Source of the DNA: an uncultured Gemmatimonadales bacterium
Lineage (GTDB): Bacteria > Gemmatimonadota > Gemmatimonadetes > Gemmatimonadales > GWC2-71-9
DNA: 64,000 nucleotides
Assembly: GCA_963779755.1 (NCBI GenBank)
Contig: CAVZZO010000001.1
Span: 1,280,001 to 1,344,000, forward strand
Reading direction: 5' to 3'
Of the stretch, positions 18,007 through 26,703 are shown in pieces. Each line of letters begins with the position of its first letter. Within the stretch, counting starts at the first letter, position 1. The position numbers were made by a program, and so were the translations under genes. The notes under the pieces are model-generated. The model ran no database searches, was not told the origin of the DNA, and saw nothing but the letters and a program-made list of their open reading frames with translations.

Positions 18007-19638
18007 TCAGTACTCGACCTCGTACACCGCTACCGGCTCCTTGCGGTTCTTGACCCGCATGGGGTCCAGCTGGCGCACGGGGGGCTTCTCCCGCAGCTGC
18101 TCGTAGAACGGCTGGCTGATGAGAATCTGGCCTTTGCTCGCCCGGGAGCAGAGACGGGAGGCCACGTTCACCGAGTCGCCGATCACGGTGTACTCCAGGC
18201 GCCGGTGGCTCCCGATGTTCCCCGCGAACGCCTCGCCGTAGTTGATCCCGATCCCGACGCCGATTTCCGGCTGGTCCGCCGCCAGCCAGCTGTCGTTCAG
18301 CTCGCGCAGCGCCCGCTGCATGGCGATGGCGGCCCGCATGGCGCGATCCGGGTCGTCGTCGTGGGCGATGGGCGCTCCCCAGAGCGCCATGATGGCGTCG
18401 CCGATGAACTTGTCGAGCGTGCCGCTGTGCTCGAAGATGATATCCACCATCTCCGAGAAGTATTCCGTCAACACCCGCGCGATCCCATCCGGGGTCATCC
18501 CCTCCGCCAGGGTGGTGAAGCCCCGGATATCGCTGAAGAGAATGGTGAGCGGCCGCTTCTCGCCCCCCAGTTTGACCGCCGCCTGCTGCTGCGCGATTTC
18601 CGCCGCCACGTTGGGCGCGAAGTAGCGCTCGAAGTTGGAGCGCACCATGGCCTCGCGCTGCACCTGTTCGGCGTACTGGCTGTTGCGGATGCTGATGGCC
18701 GCCAGGCCGCCGAAGGCAATCAGGAACTGCAGGTCCTCGGGGCTGAAGCTGTCGATGGCGGTGAGGCTGTCCACGTAGAGAATGCCCAGGACCCGGTCGC
18801 CCGAGGCCATGAGCGGGGTGCACATGGCGCTGCGCACTGCCTGGAGCACGATCGACTGCCCCTTGAAGCGGGTGTCCTCCACCGCGTTTTCCGAGATCAG
18901 CCCCACCCGCTCGTCCACCACCTTCTGGGCGATGGAACGGGGAACGTGCTGAAAGGTGGAGTCGCCCAGCCGGCTGCGGGAGAGCTTGGGAAAGAGGCTG
19001 CCCGAGGCCTCGTCCCGCAGCAGAATGCTGACCCGGTCCACGTTCATGACCTCGAAGGTCATGTTGACCACCCGCTGCAGCACCTTGTCCAGATCGAACT
19101 CGCCGGAGAGTGCCTGCGAGATATCCAGCAGCAGCGAGAGCTTCTTGGCCTGCCGCTCCTGCTCGTTGGTGCTGGCCACCCGCAACTGGCCCTGGGCGGA
19201 GGGGGCCCCGTCGAGATTGGTCAGGCTGGCCGCCAGATTGGACTGGCGGCTGCCGCTCACCGAGATCTGGCGCACGATGGTGGCGCCCGGCGCCTGAGCC
19301 GGCACCGCGGCCGGCGTGCCCTGCCCCTGGGGCTCTGATCCCCGCAGCTGGAATACCACCTTGCCGAAGGTGACCTGGTCGCCCGGCTGGAGGGTTCCTT
19401 CGGAGACGCGGACGCCGTTGATGAACGTGCCGTTGGAGCTCTGGAGGTCGCGTACTTCCACGCCGTCGGCGCTGGCCCGCAGCTCGGCGTGGCGCCGGCT
19501 GATGGTGGGGTCAATGACGGCGAAATCGCTGGTGACGGCGCGGCCCAGAACCACCGTCCGATCGGGCGGCAAATCGAAGTTCTGGTGGCCCGCGAACGAG
19601 ACCAGGCGCAGGGAGGTCATAGCCGGACGGGCTGTCAT
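18007..19638 (-). CDS. FHA-GAF-class III adenylate cyclase
   Basis: FHA: LGR, SRRHA, SSNGTFING. GAF in the middle. Cyclase: FSDIRGFT, DKFIGDAIMA, EYTVIGDSVNVASRL. Confidence 0.92.
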   Translation of the reverse strand: MTARPAMTSLRLVSFAGHQNFDLPPDRTVVLGRAVTSDFAVIDPTISRRHAELRASADGVEVRDLQSSNGTFINGVRVSEGTLQPGDQVTFGKVVFQLRGSEPQGQGTPAAVPAQAPGATIVRQISVSGSRQSNLAASLTNLDGAPSAQGQLRVASTNEQERQAKKLSLLLDISQALSGEFDLDKVLQRVVNMTFEVMNVDRVSILLRDEASGSLFPKLSRSRLGDSTFQHVPRSIAQKVVDERVGLISENAVEDTRFKGQSIVLQAVRSAMCTPLMASGDRVLGILYVDSLTAIDSFSPEDLQFLIAFGGLAAISIRNSQYAEQVQREAMVRSNFERYFAPNVAAEIAQQQAAVKLGGEKRPLTILFSDIRGFTTLAEGMTPDGIARVLTEYFSEMVDIIFEHSGTLDKFIGDAIMALWGAPIAHDDDPDRAMRAAIAMQRALRELNDSWLAADQPEIGVGIGINYGEAFAGNIGSHRRLEYTVIGDSVNVASRLCSRASKGQILISQPFYEQLREKPPVRQLDPMRVKNRKEPVAVYEVEY

Positions 19639-19697
19639 AGCGGAGGTGAGAATATACCGGCGGGCCGCGCCGGACGCTAACCCCGCCAGACGGCGGC

Positions 19698-20306
19698 TCA
19701 GCGCGGCGCCGCCACCACGTAAGCTCCCGGCGCGGGGATCCGCGCCGCCAGGTTGTCGGTGGCCGGCCGATCACTCGCCAGGAGCGTGTAGCGCCCGTCC
19801 GGGCCCTGCTCTGTCACCGCGAGGGCGCGTTCGTAGCTGAAGTCGCTGTCGTAACGCAGCCGGGCCGCTGCCGGCGCGGAGAAGTGCACCGGATACTTGA
19901 ACGTCAGGATGGCCTGGCGCTGCCAGGGTACCGAAGAACTGATGTGCACCCCGTAGATTCCCGGCAGGGGTTCGATCGTGATCCGGGCGGAATCGGCGCC
20001 CGGTGCCCAGAGGCTGTCCGGCAGCCGCAGGGTGGCGAACACGGTGTTATCGGGGGCCCCATGGCGCAATACGATGGTACGAGACCGGCCGGTCGCGATG
20101 GTCACCGCCGTATCGGCCGGCGCAGCGCCCCATTCCTCCAGCACCAGCAGCTGGTTGCGGGGCAGCTGGGTGCCGGGTTGCGGCGCGGGCGCCGAGGCCC
20201 GGCTGGCGGCCGAACCGCCGCCGCAGGCGGCCAGCAGCCCGCAGAGCGCCAGACCGAATGGACGGCGCCGCGGCCGGGGGACTATACTCCTCGTTTGCTC
20301 ATGCAT
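19698..20306 (-). CDS. Hypothetical lipoprotein
   Basis: RPRRRPFGLALCGLLAAC lipobox; typical codon usage; start uncertain. Confidence 0.65.
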   Translation of the reverse strand: MHEQTRSIVPRPRRRPFGLALCGLLAACGGGSAASRASAPAPQPGTQLPRNQLLVLEEWGAAPADTAVTIATGRSRTIVLRHGAPDNTVFATLRLPDSLWAPGADSARITIEPLPGIYGVHISSSVPWQRQAILTFKYPVHFSAPAAARLRYDSDFSYERALAVTEQGPDGRYTLLASDRPATDNLAARIPAPGAYVVAAPR

Positions 20307-22382
20307 TCGGGATTGCTCGCCCGGGCGCTCCGCCCGCACCGCCGGTTCATCGCCGCGCTCCTCGCCGGATTCCTGCTGTTGCCGGCCGGCCGCGTGGCCG
20401 CCCAGCAGTGGAACAGCCCTGCAGTGGACGTCCTGGTCCGGCGGGCCATTGCCAGGCGGCAGGAGAGGCTGGCCGATTCCTCGCTCACCAGCTACCAGGC
20501 CCTGGCCCATGGTTTCGTCTTCTTCCTGGCCCAGGTGGGGGAAGGGTTGACCCAGCCTCCCCGGCTGGTCAAGGCCGACGAGCTCGACGTTCAAGTGTAT
20601 TGGCGCGCCCCGGGGCGCAGCAAGCAGGTGATCCTTGGCTGGCGCGACGGCTCCTGGCTGCCCACCGATATCGACTACCACCGCGATCACCTGGGCATCG
20701 TCACCAATAATTTCGGCAACACCATCCGGATGGGGGAAGGCGATGAAGTCCGCGACGCCATCCACCCGCTGAGCCCCGCCGGGCCCGATCACTACGACTA
20801 TGCCCTGGGCGATTCCACCCGGATTCAGACCGGCGACCGCACCGTCACGGTGGTCGCCGTCCAGGTCCGGCCACGCTCCTTCCGGCAGGCCCTCGTCGTC
20901 GGCACCATGTACCTCGACGTGGGGACGGCCGAGCTGGTGCGATTCCGCTTCAGCTTCACGCCCGCGTCGTACCTCGATTCGCAACTCGAGGATATCAGTA
21001 TCGTGCTGGAGAACTCACTGTGGGAGGACCGCTACTGGCTGCCCTACCGGCAGGAGGTCGAGATCCGGCGGCGCAGCAGCTGGATGGACTTTCCGGCCCG
21101 CGGCATCATCCGCGGGCGCTGGGAGATCCGGCACTACCGGTTCAATGTGTCCCTGCCGCCCGCGCTGTTTGCCGGACCGGCCATCGGGGGCCTGCGCGCG
21201 CCGGCGCCCAACGATACCCTCTGGCACGAGCCGCTGGCCCGGGCGGTGGCCGGCGTGGCCGCGCCGGTCAATCAGCAGGACATGCAGAGCCTGCGGCTCG
21301 AGGTGGAAAAACTGGCCGGGGCGCATGCCCTCTCCGGCCTGCGCCGCACCCGGCTCGCGGCCCACTCGCTGAGCGATCTGGTGCATGTCAACCGGGTGCA
21401 AGGGCTCACGCTCGGCTTCGGCGGGTTCGCCGGCCTGGAGCGCCGGCGCCTGCGCATCCGTCCCTTTGCCTCGTACGGCATCAGCGATCACCGGCTGCTG
21501 GGCAGCCTGGCACTGGAGGCCGACCTGGGCGGAACCTCAATCGCTCTCGAAGGGGCGCGGCGTATCCGGGACTTCAGCGCCTGGCCCGTGATTGCTCCGG
21601 CGCTGAATTCCTTCTCAGCCCAGGAGTTCGGCCGCGACTACGGCGACTACGTCTTCCTGGAGAGCGCCTCGCTCGCCCTGCACCATCGGCTCACCGGACG
21701 CACCGCCCTCACGGCCACCGCCTTTACCGAACGCTCCAACTCGGTGGCGGTGGCCGCCACGCCGGCCACCGGCCGGTATCGTCCCAATTCCGCCTTGGGG
21801 GCGGGAACGTATTCCGGCGGGCGGCTGCGCCTGGAGCGGTCCAGCGGGGGCATCGCGGTCACCAGCGACCTGCAGGGCGCGCTCGCGGTCGAGGCGGCGG
21901 ACGGCCCCACCGGCTACCTGCGCGCGGCGGGAGAGCTTCGCTGGATCGCTCCGGTGCCTGGAGGACAGCTCCTGGTCCAGGGGCGGGCTGGCTGGGGCAG
22001 CGCGGGGCTGCCCGCCTACCGCAGCTTTGTGCTGGGAGGCCGCTCCACCCTCCCCGGCGAGCCCTACCGGGCCTGGGGCGGCCGCAGCATGCTCTGGGGG
22101 CACGTGGAATGGCAGCTGCAGGCGCCGTTCCCCGCCATTCCGCTGGGCTCCTTCGCCTCCACCGGCACCACCATTACCGTGGCCCCGTTTATCGCCGCGG
22201 GCTGGACCGATCGCGGCATCCCCGGCACCCCGTGGCCCGCCTCCCCGGGCGTGCGCCCCGTGGGCGGCGTGGCGCTGGAGTGGTTCATGCGGCTCCTGCG
22301 GGTCGAGGCGGGTGTCGGCCTGCTGGACGGGCGTGTGGGCGTGAGCGCCGGTATTCAGCGCGACTGGTGGGACATTCTCTAG
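20301..22382 (+). CDS. Hypothetical outer-membrane protein (periplasmic N-domain plus C-terminal beta-barrel)
   Basis: Signal peptide ending VAAQQW; amphipathic strands in the C-half; ends GIQRDWWDIL. Alternative in-frame TTG at 20295. Confidence 0.7.
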   Translation: MHSGLLARALRPHRRFIAALLAGFLLLPAGRVAAQQWNSPAVDVLVRRAIARRQERLADSSLTSYQALAHGFVFFLAQVGEGLTQPPRLVKADELDVQVYWRAPGRSKQVILGWRDGSWLPTDIDYHRDHLGIVTNNFGNTIRMGEGDEVRDAIHPLSPAGPDHYDYALGDSTRIQTGDRTVTVVAVQVRPRSFRQALVVGTMYLDVGTAELVRFRFSFTPASYLDSQLEDISIVLENSLWEDRYWLPYRQEVEIRRRSSWMDFPARGIIRGRWEIRHYRFNVSLPPALFAGPAIGGLRAPAPNDTLWHEPLARAVAGVAAPVNQQDMQSLRLEVEKLAGAHALSGLRRTRLAAHSLSDLVHVNRVQGLTLGFGGFAGLERRRLRIRPFASYGISDHRLLGSLALEADLGGTSIALEGARRIRDFSAWPVIAPALNSFSAQEFGRDYGDYVFLESASLALHHRLTGRTALTATAFTERSNSVAVAATPATGRYRPNSALGAGTYSGGRLRLERSSGGIAVTSDLQGALAVEAADGPTGYLRAAGELRWIAPVPGGQLLVQGRAGWGSAGLPAYRSFVLGGRSTLPGEPYRAWGGRSMLWGHVEWQLQAPFPAIPLGSFASTGTTITVAPFIAAGWTDRGIPGTPWPASPGVRPVGGVALEWFMRLLRVEAGVGLLDGRVGVSAGIQRDWWDIL

Positions 22383-22461
22383 GGGCGTGCAAGCCCTAGC
22401 AGCGGCCCGCGGATGGTGTAAGTTCCAGTAGCTGTTCCCCTGTATCGATCATCGGCGATTC

Positions 22462-24669
22462 ATGCAATTCTCGGACGAATGGCTGGTTCCTGCCCTGGAG
22501 CCCCTGCTGGCCGCTGAGGTACTCGGCGGGCTTCGGGAGGAGCCGGGGGATGCCGTCTCCCTGTGGGAAACGGTGCTGCAGCGCCGGCTGCTCAGCAATG
22601 AGCAGGTGCTCGACGCGGCCGCCGCCCGTTTTCGCCTGCCCGTGGCCGATGTGGCCAGGCTCGACCCGACGGTGCGCGAGGCGGTGCCCGAGGCCCTGGC
22701 CCGGCGCTTCGGCGTACTGCCTGTCCGGCTGGGTAACGGCTGGGTCGAGGTGGCGACGTCCAATCCGTTCGATATCGATGCGGAGAAATACCTCGGGTTC
22801 GCCACCGGACGGGAGGTCCGGCTGTCGCTGGCGTCCCCGGGCCGGATCCGGGAGAAGCTGGACGAGCTGTACAAGTCGGACGATGTGGTCAACAGGCTGC
22901 TGATGGGCATGGGCGACGCTGAAGTGATGCAGCTGGAGGATGAGCCGCCCGAAGAGCTGGCTGCGTCGGAGAGTGAGGCGCTCCAGCGTCCCATCGTCCG
23001 GCTGGTGGATCTCCTCCTGTCCGACGGCATTCAGAGCCGGGCCAGCGACATTCACGTCGAGCCCATCGAGGGCGGCGTCGTGGTGCGCTACCGCATCGAC
23101 GGCGTGTTGCGGCAGGTGATGAAAATTCCCCGCTCCGCCGGGCTGCCGCTTATCTCCCGCATCAAGATCATGTCGGGGCTGGACATCGCCGACCGGCTGC
23201 GGCCGCAGGACGGCCGCGCGCGGGTGGCGGTCAACGGCGCCCCGGTGGACCTGCGCGTCTCCACCCTTCCGGCCACCATGGGCGAGAAGGTCGTCATCCG
23301 GATTCTCAACCAGGCCGCCACGGTGCTGTCGCTGGAGGCGCTGGGCCTGTACCAGGACGAGCGCAAGAGCATCGAGGCGCTGCTGGAGAATCGGGAGGGC
23401 ATCCTCCTGGTGACCGGCCCCACCGGATCGGGCAAGACCACCACCCTCTATTCCGCGCTCCGCCTGGTGCAGGGCGAGGGCGTCAATATCGTGACGGTCG
23501 AGGATCCGGTCGAATACCGCCTGGGGCAGAACGTGGTGCAGGTCCAGGTAAACGAAAAGGCCGGCCTCACCTTTGCCGCCGCGTTGCGGAGTATCCTCCG
23601 CCAGGATCCCGATGTCGTCCTGGTGGGCGAGATCCGCGACCAGGAAACCGCGCGGATCGCCGTGCAGGCCTCTCTCACCGGCCACCTGGTGCTCTCGACC
23701 CTGCATACCAACGATGCTCCCAATGCGGTTACCCGCCTGGTCGATATGGGACTCGAGGCCTACAAGCTGGCCTCGGCCCTGCGGGGGGTGCTGGCCCAGC
23801 GCCTCATGCGCCGCCTCTGTCCCACCTGCAAGGAGCTCGACGGCACCGAACTGCCCGAGCGGCTGCGCCAGCTGATTCCGGAGGGCAGCACCGTCTACCG
23901 GGCGGTCGGCTGTCCCGACTGCGCCATGACCGGCTATCGGGGCCGGTTCAGCATCGTCGAGATCCTGGTGATGAATCAGGAGTTGGAGCAGCTGATCGGC
24001 GGCGGGGCGACCGCCGACCGGATCGCCGCGGCCGCCCGCCGGCACGGCATGGGATCGCTCTGGCAGAGCGGATTGCGCCACGTGATCGCCGGCGAGACCT
24101 CGGTGGACGAGCTGCTCCGCGTTACCTCCGCGCCCGCCGCCGACGCCGGCTCGGGCGTGATCGCCTCCCCGCCGTCCAGTGCCCCGGGCACGTCGGCCGC
24201 TCCGGCGGCCCCTTCGGATCCGCTGGCGGGCGCCGAGGTCTCGGCCGCCTTCGAGCTGCTGGAGGAAGGGCCGCCGGCGGGAACGGAGCGCCCCAGCCGC
24301 TGTGTGCTGCTGGTGGACGACGAAGACCAGCTCCGGCGGGTCATGCGCGACCTGCTCGAGCGGGAGGGGTTCACCGTGGCGGAGGCGCGGGACGGCGCCG
24401 AGGCGCTGGACGAGGTGGACCGCCATGCGCCCGATATCATCGTGCTGGATCTCAACCTGCCGGGCCTCGACGGGTACAACGTGCTCTCCAAACTGCGCGC
24501 CCGTCCCCAGACGGAGAACATCCCCGTGGTGGTGCTCACGGCCAAGAGCGACGAGGACAACGAGGTGCGGGTCTTCGAACTGGGGGCCGACGACTTCCTC
24601 GCCAAGCCCTTCCGCGCCCGCGCCCTTTCCGCCCGGCTGGAAGCGGTCCTGAGCCGGCGCCGCGCCTGA
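22462..24669 (+). CDS. GspE/PilB-family secretion ATPase fused to a C-terminal receiver domain
   Basis: RASDIHVEP, GPTGSGKTT, TVEDPVE, LRQDPDVVLVGEIRD, GHLVLSTLH, CPTC..CPDC. REC: LVDDED, LDLNLPGLDG, LTAK, AKPF. Confidence 0.92.
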   Translation: MQFSDEWLVPALEPLLAAEVLGGLREEPGDAVSLWETVLQRRLLSNEQVLDAAAARFRLPVADVARLDPTVREAVPEALARRFGVLPVRLGNGWVEVATSNPFDIDAEKYLGFATGREVRLSLASPGRIREKLDELYKSDDVVNRLLMGMGDAEVMQLEDEPPEELAASESEALQRPIVRLVDLLLSDGIQSRASDIHVEPIEGGVVVRYRIDGVLRQVMKIPRSAGLPLISRIKIMSGLDIADRLRPQDGRARVAVNGAPVDLRVSTLPATMGEKVVIRILNQAATVLSLEALGLYQDERKSIEALLENREGILLVTGPTGSGKTTTLYSALRLVQGEGVNIVTVEDPVEYRLGQNVVQVQVNEKAGLTFAAALRSILRQDPDVVLVGEIRDQETARIAVQASLTGHLVLSTLHTNDAPNAVTRLVDMGLEAYKLASALRGVLAQRLMRRLCPTCKELDGTELPERLRQLIPEGSTVYRAVGCPDCAMTGYRGRFSIVEILVMNQELEQLIGGGATADRIAAAARRHGMGSLWQSGLRHVIAGETSVDELLRVTSAPAADAGSGVIASPPSSAPGTSAAPAAPSDPLAGAEVSAAFELLEEGPPAGTERPSRCVLLVDDEDQLRRVMRDLLEREGFTVAEARDGAEALDEVDRHAPDIIVLDLNLPGLDGYNVLSKLRARPQTENIPVVVLTAKSDEDNEVRVFELGADDFLAKPFRARALSARLEAVLSRRRA

Positions 24670-24679
24670 ACCGTCCGTC

Positions 24680-25147
24680 ATGACCAACGTCCGGGTTTCC
24701 ATTGTGGATGTCTATGCCGTCCGGCGCGATCCGGGCGGCCTGCTCGTGCTCCTGCTGCGCCGGGGCAAGGCGGGACGCTGCCCCGGCTCCTGGGAGGCGG
24801 TGCACGGCCGGATCGAGCCGGGGGAGACCCCGGCGGAGGCGGGCCTGCGCGAGCTGCGGGAAGAGACCGGGCTGGCACCCGCCAGGTTCTACAACCTGAG
24901 CCGGGTGGAGAGCTTCTATCTGCACCGCAGCGATGAAGTTGCGCTGATCCCGGTATTCGTGGCCATGATTGCGGGTGAGGGAAGGACGGTGCTGAGCGAG
25001 GAGCACGATTACGCCGAGTGGGTGCCCATCGCCGAAGCCGCCCAGCGGTTCGACTGGCCTCGGGAGCGGCGCGCGATGGCCGATATCGAAGTGCTGCTTC
25101 CCAACGGAATGGCGGGGCCGCTGGAAGACGTGTTGCGCGTATGCTGA
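24680..25147 (+). CDS. NUDIX hydrolase (NudB-like)
   Basis: Nudix box GRIEPGETPAEAGLRELREETGL; LSEEH. Confidence 0.9.
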   Translation: MTNVRVSIVDVYAVRRDPGGLLVLLLRRGKAGRCPGSWEAVHGRIEPGETPAEAGLRELREETGLAPARFYNLSRVESFYLHRSDEVALIPVFVAMIAGEGRTVLSEEHDYAEWVPIAEAAQRFDWPRERRAMADIEVLLPNGMAGPLEDVLRVC

Positions 25148-26586
25148 TCCCGCGGCTGGGCGCGGCGGCCGGGCTGGGTGCGCTGTTCCTGCTGGGGCCG
25201 GCCCGGCCGACGCAGCCGCCCTGTCTCCGGCCGGTTCGCGCGGGCTATCAGGTGCAGGGAGACGTGCGCATCTGCCCCGGCCGCTACCGCATTCCCGACG
25301 CCGAAGAGCAGGGCGTCCTCGTCATCAGCGGCTCGCTCACCCGCCTCGACCTCACCGGGGTGACACTGGAGAGCGGCGATACCGTCGCGAGCGCCTACCG
25401 GGGCATCGGAGTGCTGAGCCGCGGTGTGGAGCGGATCGAGATCCGCGGCGGTACCATCCGCGGATATCGTTACGGGGTCCGGGTCGAAGGGGGCCGCGGC
25501 CATCGCATCAGCGGCATGGACCTGTCCGGCTCCCGCAGGCAGGAGCTCCGCTCCACGCCCACGGCCTTCAGCGAGGCCGACTGGCTCGACATCTTCGATC
25601 CCGACACGTTCGAAACCTACGGGGCCGGGCTGTACCTCAAATGGACCGACGGGGCCAGCGTCACCGGCGTGACCGCGCGCCGGGGCCAGAACGGGATCGC
25701 CCTGTTCGGCGCCCGCGGCAGCTATCTCTCCGGCAATGATGTCTCCGAGAATACCGGCTGGGGGCTGAGCCTCTGGCAGTCGTCACGCAACACCATCGTG
25801 AACAACCAGGCCAGCCACAACGTGCGTTGCGAGTCGCCCGCCTACAGCCGGGGCTGCGACTCGGCCGCCCTGCTGCTGCGGGAGCACAGCGACTCCAATC
25901 TCATCACCGACAATGACCTTACCTGGTCGGGTGACGGCTTCTTCCTGAGTGGCGAGCGGGGCCGGGTGCAGCCCTCGGTAGCCAACCTGGTCTTTCGCAA
26001 CGACGGCTCCCACGCCTACCACAATGCGTTCGAGTCCACCTTCAGCGCCTGGAACCGGTTCCTGGACAACCGGGCCGACAGCTCGGCCTACGGCTTCTGG
26101 CTGGGCTATTCCACGGCCAACCTGGTGCGCGGCAACACCATCGTGGGGCCGCGCGAGACGGGCATCGCCATCGAACATGGGCGGGACAATGAGCTGGCGG
26201 GCAATACCATCATGGGCGGCCGGCAGGGCATCCATCTTTTTGCTCCCGGCGCAGATACCCTGGAGCCCAGCCGCGATTACCGGCTGGACGACAACGTGGT
26301 GGTAGATGCGGAGCAGGGCATCGTGCTGGAGCGCACCAGCGCGCTGCGGCTACGGGGCAACCTGCTGGACCGCAACGGTGTGGGGCTGGTGGCCGATTCG
26401 GCGGCCGGCGGTGCGCTGGTGGTGGGGAATGTCTTCGCTCGGCCGGGCCGCGATTATATCCAGGCCCCCGAGCTCGATGCCGGCAACAATTACTGGGACG
26501 CGGCCTCACCCGAGGCCACCCGGTCCTGGCTGGAAGGGAAGATCGCCATTACCCCCTGGAAGCCCGCCAGCGCCGCGGGATATTGA
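25141..26586 (+). CDS. Secreted right-handed parallel beta-helix protein (NosD/pectin-lyase-like fold)
   Basis: Signal peptide; repeated xxN-x-I/V-xxN coils (SRNTIVNN, DSNLITDN, ANLVRGNTI, DNELAGNTI); GNNYW. Confidence 0.75.
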   Translation: MLIPRLGAAAGLGALFLLGPARPTQPPCLRPVRAGYQVQGDVRICPGRYRIPDAEEQGVLVISGSLTRLDLTGVTLESGDTVASAYRGIGVLSRGVERIEIRGGTIRGYRYGVRVEGGRGHRISGMDLSGSRRQELRSTPTAFSEADWLDIFDPDTFETYGAGLYLKWTDGASVTGVTARRGQNGIALFGARGSYLSGNDVSENTGWGLSLWQSSRNTIVNNQASHNVRCESPAYSRGCDSAALLLREHSDSNLITDNDLTWSGDGFFLSGERGRVQPSVANLVFRNDGSHAYHNAFESTFSAWNRFLDNRADSSAYGFWLGYSTANLVRGNTIVGPRETGIAIEHGRDNELAGNTIMGGRQGIHLFAPGADTLEPSRDYRLDDNVVVDAEQGIVLERTSALRLRGNLLDRNGVGLVADSAAGGALVVGNVFARPGRDYIQAPELDAGNNYWDAASPEATRSWLEGKIAITPWKPASAAGY

Positions 26587-26587
26587 T

Positions 26588-26703
26588 CGGGGGACAAGGG
26601 GTAAGGGACCGGGGACAGGAGTCCCCTATCCCTTGTCCCCTATCCCCTGTCCCCCGTCCCTTATCCCCTTATCCCTTATCCCCTGTCCCCTGTCCCCTGT
26701 CCC
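26588..26703. repeat. Inverted pair of heptamer tracts (GGGACAG / TCCCCTG-TCCCTTA) between convergent genes
   Basis: About 4 G-rich units then about 11 C-rich units; the latter encode the kinase tail GQGTGDRG and its TAA. Confidence 0.92.
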
